Below, one piece after another: positions 26,032-33,879 of a stretch of 53,292 nt of DNA. Numbering within the stretch: the stretch's first letter is position 1; each line of letters starts with the position of its first letter. The stretch is from a virus: positions 1-53,292 of the IMG/VR virus record IMGVR_UViG_3300037297_000142; one strand, given 5' to 3'. The position numbers and the translations under genes are program-made. The notes below the pieces were generated by a model, which was not told where the DNA came from, did not search any database, and was given only the letters and a program-made list of their open reading frames with translations.

Positions 26032-26315
26032 TTTATTAATCCTTTTTCAAACAAATATTTATATATTTCATCCCTTATAGCTGCTGCATATTGTTTTTTA
26101 CTTTCGCTTTCATATTTTGCATTTACCCATTTATGATATAATCTGTCGCATACAGAATCATTTAAAGGACAATCAGTACAGTTGGAATAATGGCAAAAAG
26201 CACAACTAACAAAAAGATGTTGTATTTTATTATACTTAGGCCAATCCTCTTTATTTCTTCCCGTTTTTGCCATCCATACCCAGCATTTATATGTATTTAT
26301 AAAATCAGGTTTCAT
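26028..26315 (-). CDS. Cys-rich paralog family member P2
   Basis: Start probably ATG 26315, after GGAGAG. CWVWMAKTGRNKEDW...SCAFCHYSNCTDCPLNDSVC...KW. Confidence 0.55.
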   Translation of the reverse strand: MKPDFINTYKCWVWMAKTGRNKEDWPKYNKIQHLFVSCAFCHYSNCTDCPLNDSVCDRLYHKWVNAKYESESKKQYAAAIRDEIYKYLFEKGLIK

Positions 26316-26529
26316 CTTTTTTTCTCTCCATTTCATATATCTGAATTGCCTGGTTTAAATTTCTATATAGAATTGAATTTATACATGGATAGGTACTTTC
26401 CATTTCTCCTATTGTAGCCATTAACGCTTCGAGTATAACACCTATCTCTATATCATTTTTAATTTGAGAAAACATAGTTTTTATCATATCATATAAATGG
26501 TCAGTTAAATTTATCATTATTGTTTTCAT
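26305..26529 (-). CDS. Hypothetical protein (74 aa)
   Basis: Start at internal ATG 26529 (TAATG overlap with the upstream peptide gene). Confidence 0.45.
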   Translation of the reverse strand: MKTIMINLTDHLYDMIKTMFSQIKNDIEIGVILEALMATIGEMESTYPCINSILYRNLNQAIQIYEMERKKDET

Positions 26530-26657
26530 TATTTTTTCCTTACTGATGTAATAAAAATAATGATGAGAAGTATGCATATTATAAATAAAGTTATGCCTAC
26601 TAAAATATAAACTGCAATACTTTGTCCGTTTGTTGCATTATGTATTAATGTTTTCAT
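26529..26657 (-). CDS. Small hydrophobic peptide (42 aa)
   Basis: AAAGGGG RBS. MKTLIHNATNGQSIAVYILVGITLFIICILLIIIFITSVRKK. Confidence 0.35.
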   Translation of the reverse strand: MKTLIHNATNGQSIAVYILVGITLFIICILLIIIFITSVRKK

Positions 26658-26667
26658 ATAACCCCTT

Positions 26668-26847
26668 TCATTCAATTCTTTCCCATATTTGAATTAATTT
26701 TTTTTGTTGTGGCCATGTTAATTTTATATTTTTTGATATTCGTTTTAAATAAATATCATCAATAAAATTTTGTTCCCATTCAGTTAATTTCAAAAACCCA
26801 TTATCGCTTGCTTCTATTATATCATTATATCTTTCCTGATTTGTCAT
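26668..26847 (-). CDS. Small hypothetical protein (59 aa)
   Basis: MTNQERYNDIIEASDNGFLKLTEWEQNFIDDIYLKRISKNIKLTWPQQKKLIQIWERIE fills an otherwise ORF-free gap. Confidence 0.4.
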   Translation of the reverse strand: MTNQERYNDIIEASDNGFLKLTEWEQNFIDDIYLKRISKNIKLTWPQQKKLIQIWERIE

Positions 26848-27205
26848 GTTTCCATTTACCCTTTCTTACTTTAATAAGCCGTCTTTGTTCCCTCCGTAGC
26901 TTTGATGCAATATAGGCGCGGGCTTGTTTTTGTCTGTCAGGGTTAATTTTATTATATATTCTAAATTCAGCATAATATTCATAAGCGGTATTAGTATATT
27001 TTTTGTAACATGCTCTTTTCTTTGACAGTATACAGTTATCACATAAAGGTCCGTGATAACATAGATAAAAATCGCATAAAGGGCAATTACCCCACATTCC
27101 CTTAATATCTTCCCAGTATGGAGAGTCCTCTTTTATTTTTGTAGGATTATCATACAGCCACCGCCATACCTTTACTGACAAATCAATTGCTTCCTTATAT
27201 GTCAT
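26825..27205 (-). CDS. Cys-rich paralog family member P1
   Basis: KVWRWLYDNPTKIKEDSPYW...GNCPLCDFYLCYHGPLCDNCIL...AC. Confidence 0.55.
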   Translation of the reverse strand: MTYKEAIDLSVKVWRWLYDNPTKIKEDSPYWEDIKGMWGNCPLCDFYLCYHGPLCDNCILSKKRACYKKYTNTAYEYYAEFRIYNKINPDRQKQARAYIASKLRREQRRLIKVRKGKWKHDKSGKI

Positions 27206-27214
27206 ATTTTCCCC

Positions 27215-27340
27215 TTATATAAAAATTATTTTCACATGGTTAATAAGCCATCCAAAAATGAATATTAATATAATACCTGCTGCTAATCCGATTATTATAA
27301 AAAACACTGCAATAGGCCAAAATTTTATTCCACTAAACAA
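27215..27340 (-). CDS. Small hydrophobic peptide (41 aa), first ORF of the early transcript
   Basis: AGGAGG, then 8 nt, then TTG 27340. MFSGIKFWPIAVFFIIIGLAAGIILIFIFGWLINHVKIIFI. Confidence 0.4.
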   Translation of the reverse strand: MFSGIKFWPIAVFFIIIGLAAGIILIFIFGWLINHVKIIFI

Positions 27341-27470
27341 TTTTATACCTCCTATATTTTCCCTTCCTTTTAAATTATCATCTTCCCCATATGGGGAAAA
27401 TAAAACCGGGGTGAATTACTTACTGCAATCCAGGATACACAATACCCACGGTCCCCGGTTTTTATATTGA
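27341..27470 (-). promoter_or_regulatory. Structured 5' leader of the early transcript
   Basis: 10-bp long-range stem AAAACCGGGG/CCCCGGUUUU enclosing about 40 nt, followed by the perfect hairpin UUCCCC-AUAU-GGGGAA. Confidence 0.5.
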
Positions 27471-27483
27471 TTAGGTTCATTTT

Positions 27484-27512
27484 AACATAATAATATTTTT
27501 ATATAGAGTCAA
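27484..27512 (-). promoter_or_regulatory. Early leftward promoter candidate
   Basis: TTGACT, 17 nt, TATGTT on the minus strand, at the head of the minus-strand arm. Confidence 0.5.
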
Positions 27513-27579
27513 GTAATTCTGTTATTTTTTATAAAAAAATTACTTCCCGGATTTCGTGAAATTTATTTTTAGTAGTCAG

Positions 27580-28108
27580 TGTTACAAAATGGTCAAGTTT
27601 TAACGTTAAAATTCCATGTTTATAACAGGGTTTTTGTTCTCTGTAACAATTATATGCATATTTATTATTTTCTATTACATCATAATTCTTTATATAATAA
27701 ATAAATAATCCACGTGTGTCATTATAACATAGTGTATCATTTTAACCCTGTTATAATTTGGTCAAGCAAATTCCATAGTATATTTTTTAAATAATTCCTT
27801 ATAGGATAAGTAAATATATAAATATATATCTATTAATTATAGAGATATTAATATAATTATAACTTAACACAAATATATACACTATAGGATATTGGGAAAA
27901 ATATATTTTACCATATGTATAAATATCCATATATATATATATACATTCGAGTTATTTGTTATAATTTGGTCAGCAAGTACTTAATTTTTTACGGTATAAG
28001 GAATTATCTTATGACACCCCCCTGTTACAATTCCAATTGAATTTAAATATTTCCTTACTGTACAAGGAAATAACCTGTTATAATCTGGTCAATTTGACCA
28101 TTTGACCA
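27580..28108 (+). repeat. Array of 16-nt TGTTAYAAWWTGGTCA repeats (iteron-like / extended -10-like) flanking an AT-rich stretch
   Basis: Full copies at 27580-27595, 27749-27764, 27957-27972 and 28076-28091. Half copy at 28023-28031. Inverted half copy near 27621. Palindrome TGGTCAA-T-TTGACCA at 28086-28100. Confidence 0.7.
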
Positions 28109-28131
28109 TAAATATTAGCATATGCTAATAT
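28102..28131 (+). promoter_or_regulatory. Rightward promoter candidate
   Basis: TTGACC, 18 nt, TAATAT. The spacer end and -10 box (tatatgcTAATAT) match the promoter at 40141-40170. Confidence 0.5.
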
Positions 28132-28184
28132 TCGAATATGGTAATATAGCCATATAAGAATATAATATTTTTTTCCCAGGGGAC

Positions 28185-28213
28185 TTGACTTTTTTCTTCA
28201 GGTTTTATATATT
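28185..28213 (+). promoter_or_regulatory. Rightward promoter of the small RNA
   Basis: TTGACT, 17 nt, TATATT. Confidence 0.6.
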
Positions 28214-28219
28214 GTAGGT

Positions 28220-28315
28220 ATATTGTTTCCATTTTAATTTTTTTTCCATTTCTGGTTTATTCCTTGATTTTATCCGGTGTCAAATGTTTCCCCCTTTCTG
28301 GCACCGGATTTTTTT
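28220..28315 (+). ncRNA. Candidate small RNA of about 96 nt, pyrimidine-rich with a C-rich terminator loop
   Basis: Bounded by the promoter at 28185-28213 and an intrinsic terminator (AUCCGGUG/CACCGGAU stem 28272-28309 plus a U7 tract). No RBS-preceded ORF. Repeated UUUCC and UUUCUGG motifs. Confidence 0.5.
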
Positions 28316-28325
28316 ATTAATTTAC

Positions 28326-28354
28326 TTGACTTTATATAATAATTTTTTTATATT
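28326..28354 (+). promoter_or_regulatory. Promoter upstream of the tRNA
   Basis: TTGACT, 17 nt, TATATT, about 38 nt upstream of the tRNA 5' end. Confidence 0.55.
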
Positions 28355-28391
28355 GTTTTAGATACAGGAGGTTTGTTAATGAATGCCTGGT

Positions 28392-28463
28392 AGCGGAGTA
28401 GAGCAGGGGTAGCTTGACGGTCTCATAAGCCGTAGGTCAGTGGTTCAATTCCACTCTCCGCTA
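28392..28463 (+). tRNA. tRNA with anticodon CAU (elongator Met or lysidine-modified Ile2)
   Basis: Hand-folded cloverleaf, 72 nt. Acceptor AGCGGAG/CTCCGCT, D arm GAGC..GCTT, anticodon arm ACGGT-CTCATAA-GCCGT, T arm AGTGG-TTCAATT-CCACT. No encoded CCA. Lacks the initiator features (no 1:72 mismatch, no three G-C pairs in the anticodon stem). Confidence 0.85.
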
Positions 28464-28668
28464 AACTTATTATAAAGGTAATAAATGCGTATGAAAGGAG
28501 GTGATTTTCAGCGCGGGGAAACGGAAAGCCCGCTATTATTTAATTACTAATGTTTTATTATTATATAATTTATTTAGTTTATTTTATTGTAATCAGCGGC
28601 GGTCTGTTAGGCTGCCGCATGTTATTAAAGGAATATATAGGTAAATATTTTATTGGTAAGGTGAAAAA

Positions 28669-29049
28669 ATGGGAAATAATACAGGAAATAAAAGAAAAAT
28701 TATAAAGGTAATAAAGCAGTCAATAACTCATTGGCAGTATATGATTAGATGGGCAAAAAAACATAATCAAGATGATTTCGCATATAGACAAGAAATGTTA
28801 GACGATATTGGCGAAAACTGGGCAGGTTATTATTGTCCATTATGTAAGATGTTTTATAAATGTAATAATTGCCCTTTATCTTATTATGATTCATTTATCC
28901 CCAGAGATTGTATAAATGAATGGCGACTTGTGGATATTTCAAAAACATGGGGCGAGTGGCTTGAAAATGCTGAACAGATGTTATTAATTTTAAAAAATGT
29001 TTTAAAAAAATATAGTCCGCCACCACCACCCAGACACCCAAACAGGTAA
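28669..29049 (+). CDS. Cys-rich paralog family member P4 (plus strand), with a poly-Pro C-terminus
   Basis: HWQYMIRWAKKHNQDDF...YYCPLCKMFYKCNNCPL...DC...W aligns with P1-P3. Ends in SPPPPPRHPNR. Confidence 0.55.
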   Translation: MGNNTGNKRKIIKVIKQSITHWQYMIRWAKKHNQDDFAYRQEMLDDIGENWAGYYCPLCKMFYKCNNCPLSYYDSFIPRDCINEWRLVDISKTWGEWLENAEQMLLILKNVLKKYSPPPPPRHPNR

Positions 29050-29055
29050 AATAAT

Positions 29056-29475
29056 ATGGATAAACCAAAAACAAATTATAAAATATGTATTCAGTGTGGA
29101 AAAAAGAAGATCAGAAAAATCCACTTTCATAAAAATGTAGATTCCCCCGATGGATATAGAAATATCTGTAAATCCTGCCGGGGAGTAAATAAACCACATA
29201 AGCGGAAAAATAAATATCCATTTTTTAATTCAGCTATAATACAGTTATGCGGTCAGCATAAACATATTGAAGTAAAGAAATTTGGTTTTTTTTACGGCAT
29301 ACTTATTTACATCCGCCCGGCTGAAATACTTGCTTTTTCCGTACTGGCGGATACGGAAAAGGGGTCTGAAACTTTCAAGACAGAGAGAGAAGCGCGGGCA
29401 TGGCTGTATAAATTTGCCATATATGCAGGAAACCGGACTCTTATAGGATTGACAAAGGGAATTAAAATTGATTAA
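29056..29475 (+). CDS. Zinc-ribbon protein, function unknown
   Basis: 139 aa. The N-terminal CIQCGKKK...F....DSPDGYRNICKSC is the C..C...F...dG...C..C pattern common in phage proteins. Confidence 0.5.
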   Translation: MDKPKTNYKICIQCGKKKIRKIHFHKNVDSPDGYRNICKSCRGVNKPHKRKNKYPFFNSAIIQLCGQHKHIEVKKFGFFYGILIYIRPAEILAFSVLADTEKGSETFKTEREARAWLYKFAIYAGNRTLIGLTKGIKID

Positions 29476-29510
29476 ATTTACTGATGAATAATTTATTTAA
29501 AGGAGTTTTT

Positions 29511-30122
29511 ATGTTTTTAAGAAAACCAATTTTTGAGATCTTAACAAAATTAAATAGGATTACCATTTTAAAACAAATTGAAATAGCAGGTAGAACTTGT
29601 TATAAATCCGATAGTGAATATACGGAAAAAACAGGTTCGGAATTTCTAAAAAAAATAATAAAAAGAGGACATTTGTCCGTTATTGAACATGTTAATATAA
29701 CAGTAAAATTTATTTGCGATCGTGGAGTATCTCATGAATTAGTCAGACATAGATTGTGTGCTTTTTCACAAGAGAGCACAAGATATTGTAATTATTCAGG
29801 CAGCGGAGTTACTTTTATCATTCCTTCATGGTTTAAATATGAAATAAAAGAGTCAAAAGCTAAAAATATTTGGCTGGATGCTATGGAGCAAGCAGAAAAA
29901 AATTATTTTTTATTAATAAAAGAAGGATGGTCACCACAGCAAGCCCGTTCAGTTTTACCGAATAGTTTAAAAACCGAAATAGTAACAACGGCAAATCTTA
30001 GAGAATGGAAACATATTTTTTCTTTAAGAACATCTAATGCAGCACATCCACAGATAAGAGAGATTATGATTCCGTTACAAACAGAATTTAAAAATATATT
30101 ACCGGAATTATTTTATGAATAA
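29511..30122 (+). CDS. thyX: Flavin-dependent thymidylate synthase ThyX
   Basis: RGHLSVIEH and the ThyX signature RHRLCAFSQESTRY (RHRxxSxxxxSxR). Start at ATG 29511 after AAAGGAG. Confidence 0.85.
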   Translation: MFLRKPIFEILTKLNRITILKQIEIAGRTCYKSDSEYTEKTGSEFLKKIIKRGHLSVIEHVNITVKFICDRGVSHELVRHRLCAFSQESTRYCNYSGSGVTFIIPSWFKYEIKESKAKNIWLDAMEQAEKNYFLLIKEGWSPQQARSVLPNSLKTEIVTTANLREWKHIFSLRTSNAAHPQIREIMIPLQTEFKNILPELFYE

Positions 30123-30226
30123 TTTATTTTTGATCGGTATAATATTTTTTATAATCGGTGTGGTGATTTTAATTTTTTGTCATATAGAAGAAATCAAGAA
30201 TTTTTTCAAAAGGAAATAAATGAATA

Positions 30227-30418
30227 ATGAAATTCCAAATAGGGGATTATATTGTTTTTAAAGACATACCTTTTAAAGAGGGAAAAATAATATCTATATC
30301 TCCAGAGGCAAAAATTTATTTAATAAAATATGGAAGACTAATATTTTGTTTCAAGTGTTTAATTGAATTGTTTTTTAAAAAAAAGTGGTTTAAAGAAAAT
30401 GAATTAGAATTATTATAA
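30227..30418 (+). CDS. Hypothetical protein (63 aa)
   Basis: Track ORF in a co-oriented, tightly packed gene block. Confidence 0.45.
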   Translation: MKFQIGDYIVFKDIPFKEGKIISISPEAKIYLIKYGRLIFCFKCLIELFFKKKWFKENELELL

Positions 30419-30432
30419 TGATAGAGGAATAA

Positions 30433-31035
30433 ATGATATTTGACGATTCCTGGACGCAAGGTCTTACAAAAAAACAACAAAATCTTATAGTTGACTACGT
30501 GCTAAATGGCTGTCAATTCTTCCAGGGCGCGGGCGGGTATAAAAATAAAAATAATGCCTTGAAATTTCTTAACTCTCCTGAAGGCAGAAAAGCTTTACGG
30601 AAATACGCAGAGTTTTTTATTGATTGCAAAAAAGATCTTGTAAAGATGCGGGCGATAAAATTACATACAATCCGCGCGTTTTATAACCCTGCTGATATTA
30701 TTGATAAAGATGGTAATTTTAATTTATCTGATACTGAAGATTTAAGAAAACTCGGCGACCTTGCTTATTGTATTGATGGTATAGAAACGAAAGAATTTTA
30801 TAATGATAAAGGCATCGTTATTTCAAAGCATATTAAAATTAAAATATGTGACAGGAATAAGTCAATTGAATTTCTGTCTAAAGTTTTTCATTTCGACGAA
30901 GAGGAAAAGATTGAAGATTTCATCGGTGAAAAAAATGTACATGAGATGTCAGACGAAGAAATTGACGCTGATATTCTAAAACTTATAAAAAAAGGCAAAA
31001 TTGCTTTACCGGCACCAGAAGAAAAGGCGGAATAG
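30433..31035 (+). CDS. Terminase small subunit candidate
   Basis: 200 aa. LTKKQQNLIVDYVLNG at the N-terminus is typical of TerS; lies upstream of TerL. Confidence 0.5.
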   Translation: MIFDDSWTQGLTKKQQNLIVDYVLNGCQFFQGAGGYKNKNNALKFLNSPEGRKALRKYAEFFIDCKKDLVKMRAIKLHTIRAFYNPADIIDKDGNFNLSDTEDLRKLGDLAYCIDGIETKEFYNDKGIVISKHIKIKICDRNKSIEFLSKVFHFDEEEKIEDFIGEKNVHEMSDEEIDADILKLIKKGKIALPAPEEKAE

Positions 31036-31232
31036 TGGAGTTAAATAAATGTATAAAATGTAAAGTCATATTCACCGGGTTTAATTCCTGCCCTGGATGT
31101 CATAGTATTTGTTATAGAAAATTAACGGATCGGGAAAAAGAAAAATATATAAATAATGTTAAGATAATTAAAAAAGATCCGGTGACATACATAAGTGAAA
31201 AAATTATTTTTCCTTTATTAGAGAAAGGATAA
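31035..31232 (+). CDS. Small zinc-ribbon protein
   Basis: 65 aa. CIKCKVIFTGFNSCPGC. Confidence 0.45.
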   Translation: MELNKCIKCKVIFTGFNSCPGCHSICYRKLTDREKEKYINNVKIIKKDPVTYISEKIIFPLLEKG

Positions 31233-31237
31233 GTATA

Positions 31238-31639
31238 ATGAAGAATATTAAGGATTCAATTATAGAGGCAATACAAAACTATCCAGGTGATATAAAACAA
31301 TTAAAATTTGAAATACCCGTAATAATAGATGATATATTAGAAATAACCAGTGAAGTAGAAAATTCTTTTCAAGAAATGTGGAATACACTAAAAAATTCGT
31401 ATAAGCAAGTAATATGTCCACCAAAGATAGGTGAATTAAAATTGATGAAAATAATTGAAGATAATATACGGAGAAGAAGACGTATAATTAAAATAAGATA
31501 TACTGGTAGAAATTTAATCGGTGACGTTTATTCAAAAGTTTTTACGATAGAAGAAATTGAACAGGGTAATGTATTTAACTGGATAAAGGAAAACAATATT
31601 GTCCAGAGTTCAATAAAGAAACTAATAAAACATTCATAA
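31238..31639 (+). CDS. Hypothetical protein (133 aa)
   Basis: Track ORF between the TerS candidate and TerL. Confidence 0.5.
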   Translation: MKNIKDSIIEAIQNYPGDIKQLKFEIPVIIDDILEITSEVENSFQEMWNTLKNSYKQVICPPKIGELKLMKIIEDNIRRRRRIIKIRYTGRNLIGDVYSKVFTIEEIEQGNVFNWIKENNIVQSSIKKLIKHS

Positions 31640-31654
31640 AATTGAAGCGATAAA

Positions 31655-33058
31655 ATGACAAACGTTCTTTCCAGGACCGACAAAATACAATTACTCAAAT
31701 TATTAAGACAAAAAGATAAAGACAAAATACCGCCTATTCTATATCCATTATGGAAACCCTGCCGTAAAAAAATGATTACCGGGGGGAGGGGATCTGCAAA
31801 ATCTGAAACCGTTTGCCGCATAACAATACGTCAAGCGTCAAATTACAGATTGCGTGTGTTATGGGCGCGGGAAATTATGGAATCAATAAAAGAATCCATG
31901 TGGTCGATGCTTTCTTATTTGATTCCATACCTGGGATATCCAGGATGGGATATAAAAGACGAGTACATACGGAATAAAAAAACAGGTTCCTATTTTGCTT
32001 TCAAAGGTTTAAAAGACATGCGGGCTGCAAGATCTATGAAAGGATATGCTTTTTTTGACAGACTCATAGTTGATGAGGCGGAAGCGGTCCCAGAAGATTC
32101 CTGGATTATGGCAGTACCCACTATCCGCCGCCCTGGTTCGGAAATTTGGGCGATTTTTAACAGATATGAAGATCTGGACCCAGTGTATAAACTGTACTGT
32201 CTACAATCTGATTTTCAAACTATAACAGAAAACGGTTATAGTTATCAGTATAACGGTTCGACGATGGTTATAGAATGTAATTGGACAGACAACCCGTGGT
32301 TTCCTCCTGAATTGGAATTAGAAAAAAATGAAATGATGAAAAATGACTATGAACTATATTTGCACGTATATGAAAATCACCCAATTGCACAGTTAGAATT
32401 CGCAATTATGGAACGTGCACTTGTAGATATAGCCATGAAAACAATTTTTCAACCATCCGGTATACAAACGTTAGGCGTCGATCCTGCGCGTCATGGCATG
32501 GACAAAACAAAAGTTTATGAGCGCAGGGGACCGGTAGCAAAAAAGATTATTGACAGAAAACACCAATCACCGGTCAAAACCGCGCGGGAATTAGCTGACA
32601 AAGCTGATGATAAATGGACAGTTTTCAATATTGACGGTGCGGGACTCGGGGCGGGCGGTATAATAGATCTGTTAAAAGAATGGGAATTTGAGAACGTAAA
32701 TGAAATTAAGTTTAATGAGCGACCGAAAGATCAAAAACAATATGCCGATACTGCTACAGAAATGTATTTTGAATGTAAGGAAAAGTTAAAAACAGCGAGT
32801 ATTCCAAATGACCCGGTATTAAAACAAGATCTTTGCGGGCGTAAATACGGGTATGACCGTAATAATAAAAAGAAAATTGAACAAAAAGAGGATTTCAGGA
32901 AAAGATATCATAGATCACCTGATGACGGTGACGCTTGCGTTTTGTGTTTTTATGATAGCGGGCAAAAAATAAATATGTCCGGTGAAGATAAAAACGAAAT
33001 GCGCAAATTAGTACGCGAAAGAATAATTAAGAATAGAAAAAGGTGGGCAGGTTTATGA
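31655..33058 (+). CDS. Terminase large subunit
   Basis: 467 aa. Walker A TGGRGSAKS, Walker B LIVDEAE, C-terminal nuclease-type acidic residues. Lies upstream of the portal gene. Confidence 0.85.
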   Translation: MTNVLSRTDKIQLLKLLRQKDKDKIPPILYPLWKPCRKKMITGGRGSAKSETVCRITIRQASNYRLRVLWAREIMESIKESMWSMLSYLIPYLGYPGWDIKDEYIRNKKTGSYFAFKGLKDMRAARSMKGYAFFDRLIVDEAEAVPEDSWIMAVPTIRRPGSEIWAIFNRYEDLDPVYKLYCLQSDFQTITENGYSYQYNGSTMVIECNWTDNPWFPPELELEKNEMMKNDYELYLHVYENHPIAQLEFAIMERALVDIAMKTIFQPSGIQTLGVDPARHGMDKTKVYERRGPVAKKIIDRKHQSPVKTARELADKADDKWTVFNIDGAGLGAGGIIDLLKEWEFENVNEIKFNERPKDQKQYADTATEMYFECKEKLKTASIPNDPVLKQDLCGRKYGYDRNNKKKIEQKEDFRKRYHRSPDDGDACVLCFYDSGQKINMSGEDKNEMRKLVRERIIKNRKRWAGL

Positions 33059-33270
33059 AAATACGCAGGAAATTTAAATTAAAAATATTACCATGCAAAG
33101 AAGTATTTAAAAAACCAGAAGAATCAAATTGTTATACGTGCAGTATGTTGGGCGATGATAATTATTGTTATGGATTATTAAACTTTTTTAGGAATTTAAG
33201 ATTTGTTCCCGGTGATATTATAAGATACATAAAAAATCTTTTTGATAATAATAATGACATACCATTTTAA
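33043..33270 (+). CDS. Hypothetical protein (75 aa)
   Basis: Track ORF overlapping the TerL 3' end by 16 nt. Confidence 0.4.
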   Translation: MGRFMKIRRKFKLKILPCKEVFKKPEESNCYTCSMLGDDNYCYGLLNFFRNLRFVPGDIIRYIKNLFDNNNDIPF

Positions 33271-33282
33271 AGGAGGTAACTA

Positions 33283-33474
33283 TTGATTTATTTAATTGCA
33301 TTATTAATTTTTTGTGATCTTTATTATTTTGATGAATCCGGTAATAATTGGCCGGTTATAAAAATTAAAATAATATTTAAAATGATAAATATTATTAAAA
33401 AGTTTTTTAGACGTAAGACGGTAAAAAGTTTAAAACAGCCGATTAGGTTTAAAGGCTGGAAGGGGGAAAGATGA
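33283..33474 (+). CDS. Hypothetical small protein with a hydrophobic N-terminus
   Basis: 63 aa. MIYLIALLIFCDLYYF..., ATGA overlap with the next gene. Confidence 0.35.
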   Translation: MIYLIALLIFCDLYYFDESGNNWPVIKIKIIFKMINIIKKFFRRKTVKSLKQPIRFKGWKGER

Positions 33475-33878
33475 AAACTGTATTTATTTGTGGACCTTAC
33501 ACAACGATTATTGATGAATACAAAGAATCGTATAAAAGATATAAACATAATTTAAAGGTTAAAAAAATTATAGAGAGAAAATGCATAGAAGAAAATATAA
33601 ACATAGCAATCAAGGCGGCGCAATATTTATATGATCATGCGTATAATGTGTTTTGTCCGCATGTGGCTATTGCCGGTTATATGGAAGATAAAACGGACAG
33701 CAACCCGGAAAATTACCGCCGTGTGTTGGAAATGTGTTTCCAGTGGATTGAAAAATGTGATTTTTTTGCTCTCCTGCCTGGATGGAATGAATCGGCAGGA
33801 TGTAAAGAGGAATTATCACACGCGATTGAAAACGATAAATACATAATGTACTTGACTTATGAAAGAATAGGGGTATAA
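33471..33878 (+). CDS. Nucleoside 2-deoxyribosyltransferase-like protein (DUF4406-type)
   Basis: KTVFICGPYT at the N-terminus and CDFFALLPGWNESAGCKEELSHA match the I.GP... and mL.GW..S.G...E...A pattern. Confidence 0.55.
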   Translation: MKTVFICGPYTTIIDEYKESYKRYKHNLKVKKIIERKCIEENINIAIKAAQYLYDHAYNVFCPHVAIAGYMEDKTDSNPENYRRVLEMCFQWIEKCDFFALLPGWNESAGCKEELSHAIENDKYIMYLTYERIGV

Positions 33879-33879
33879 T

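Noticed and set aside
27580-28108. Possible CRISPR-like or solitary-repeat array
   Set aside because: The repeats are only 16-21 nt, and spacing is irregular (about 55 to 210 bp). One copy is inverted and there are no cas genes. An iteron or promoter interpretation fits better.
28376-28393. Mini-ORF ATG AAT GCC TGG TAG (MNAW) after a strong AGGAGG in the tRNA leader, with its stop overlapping tRNA positions 1-2
   Set aside because: Four codons with no conservation evidence. Purine-rich SD-like strings are common in this genome's leaders, so it is noted only as a curiosity.
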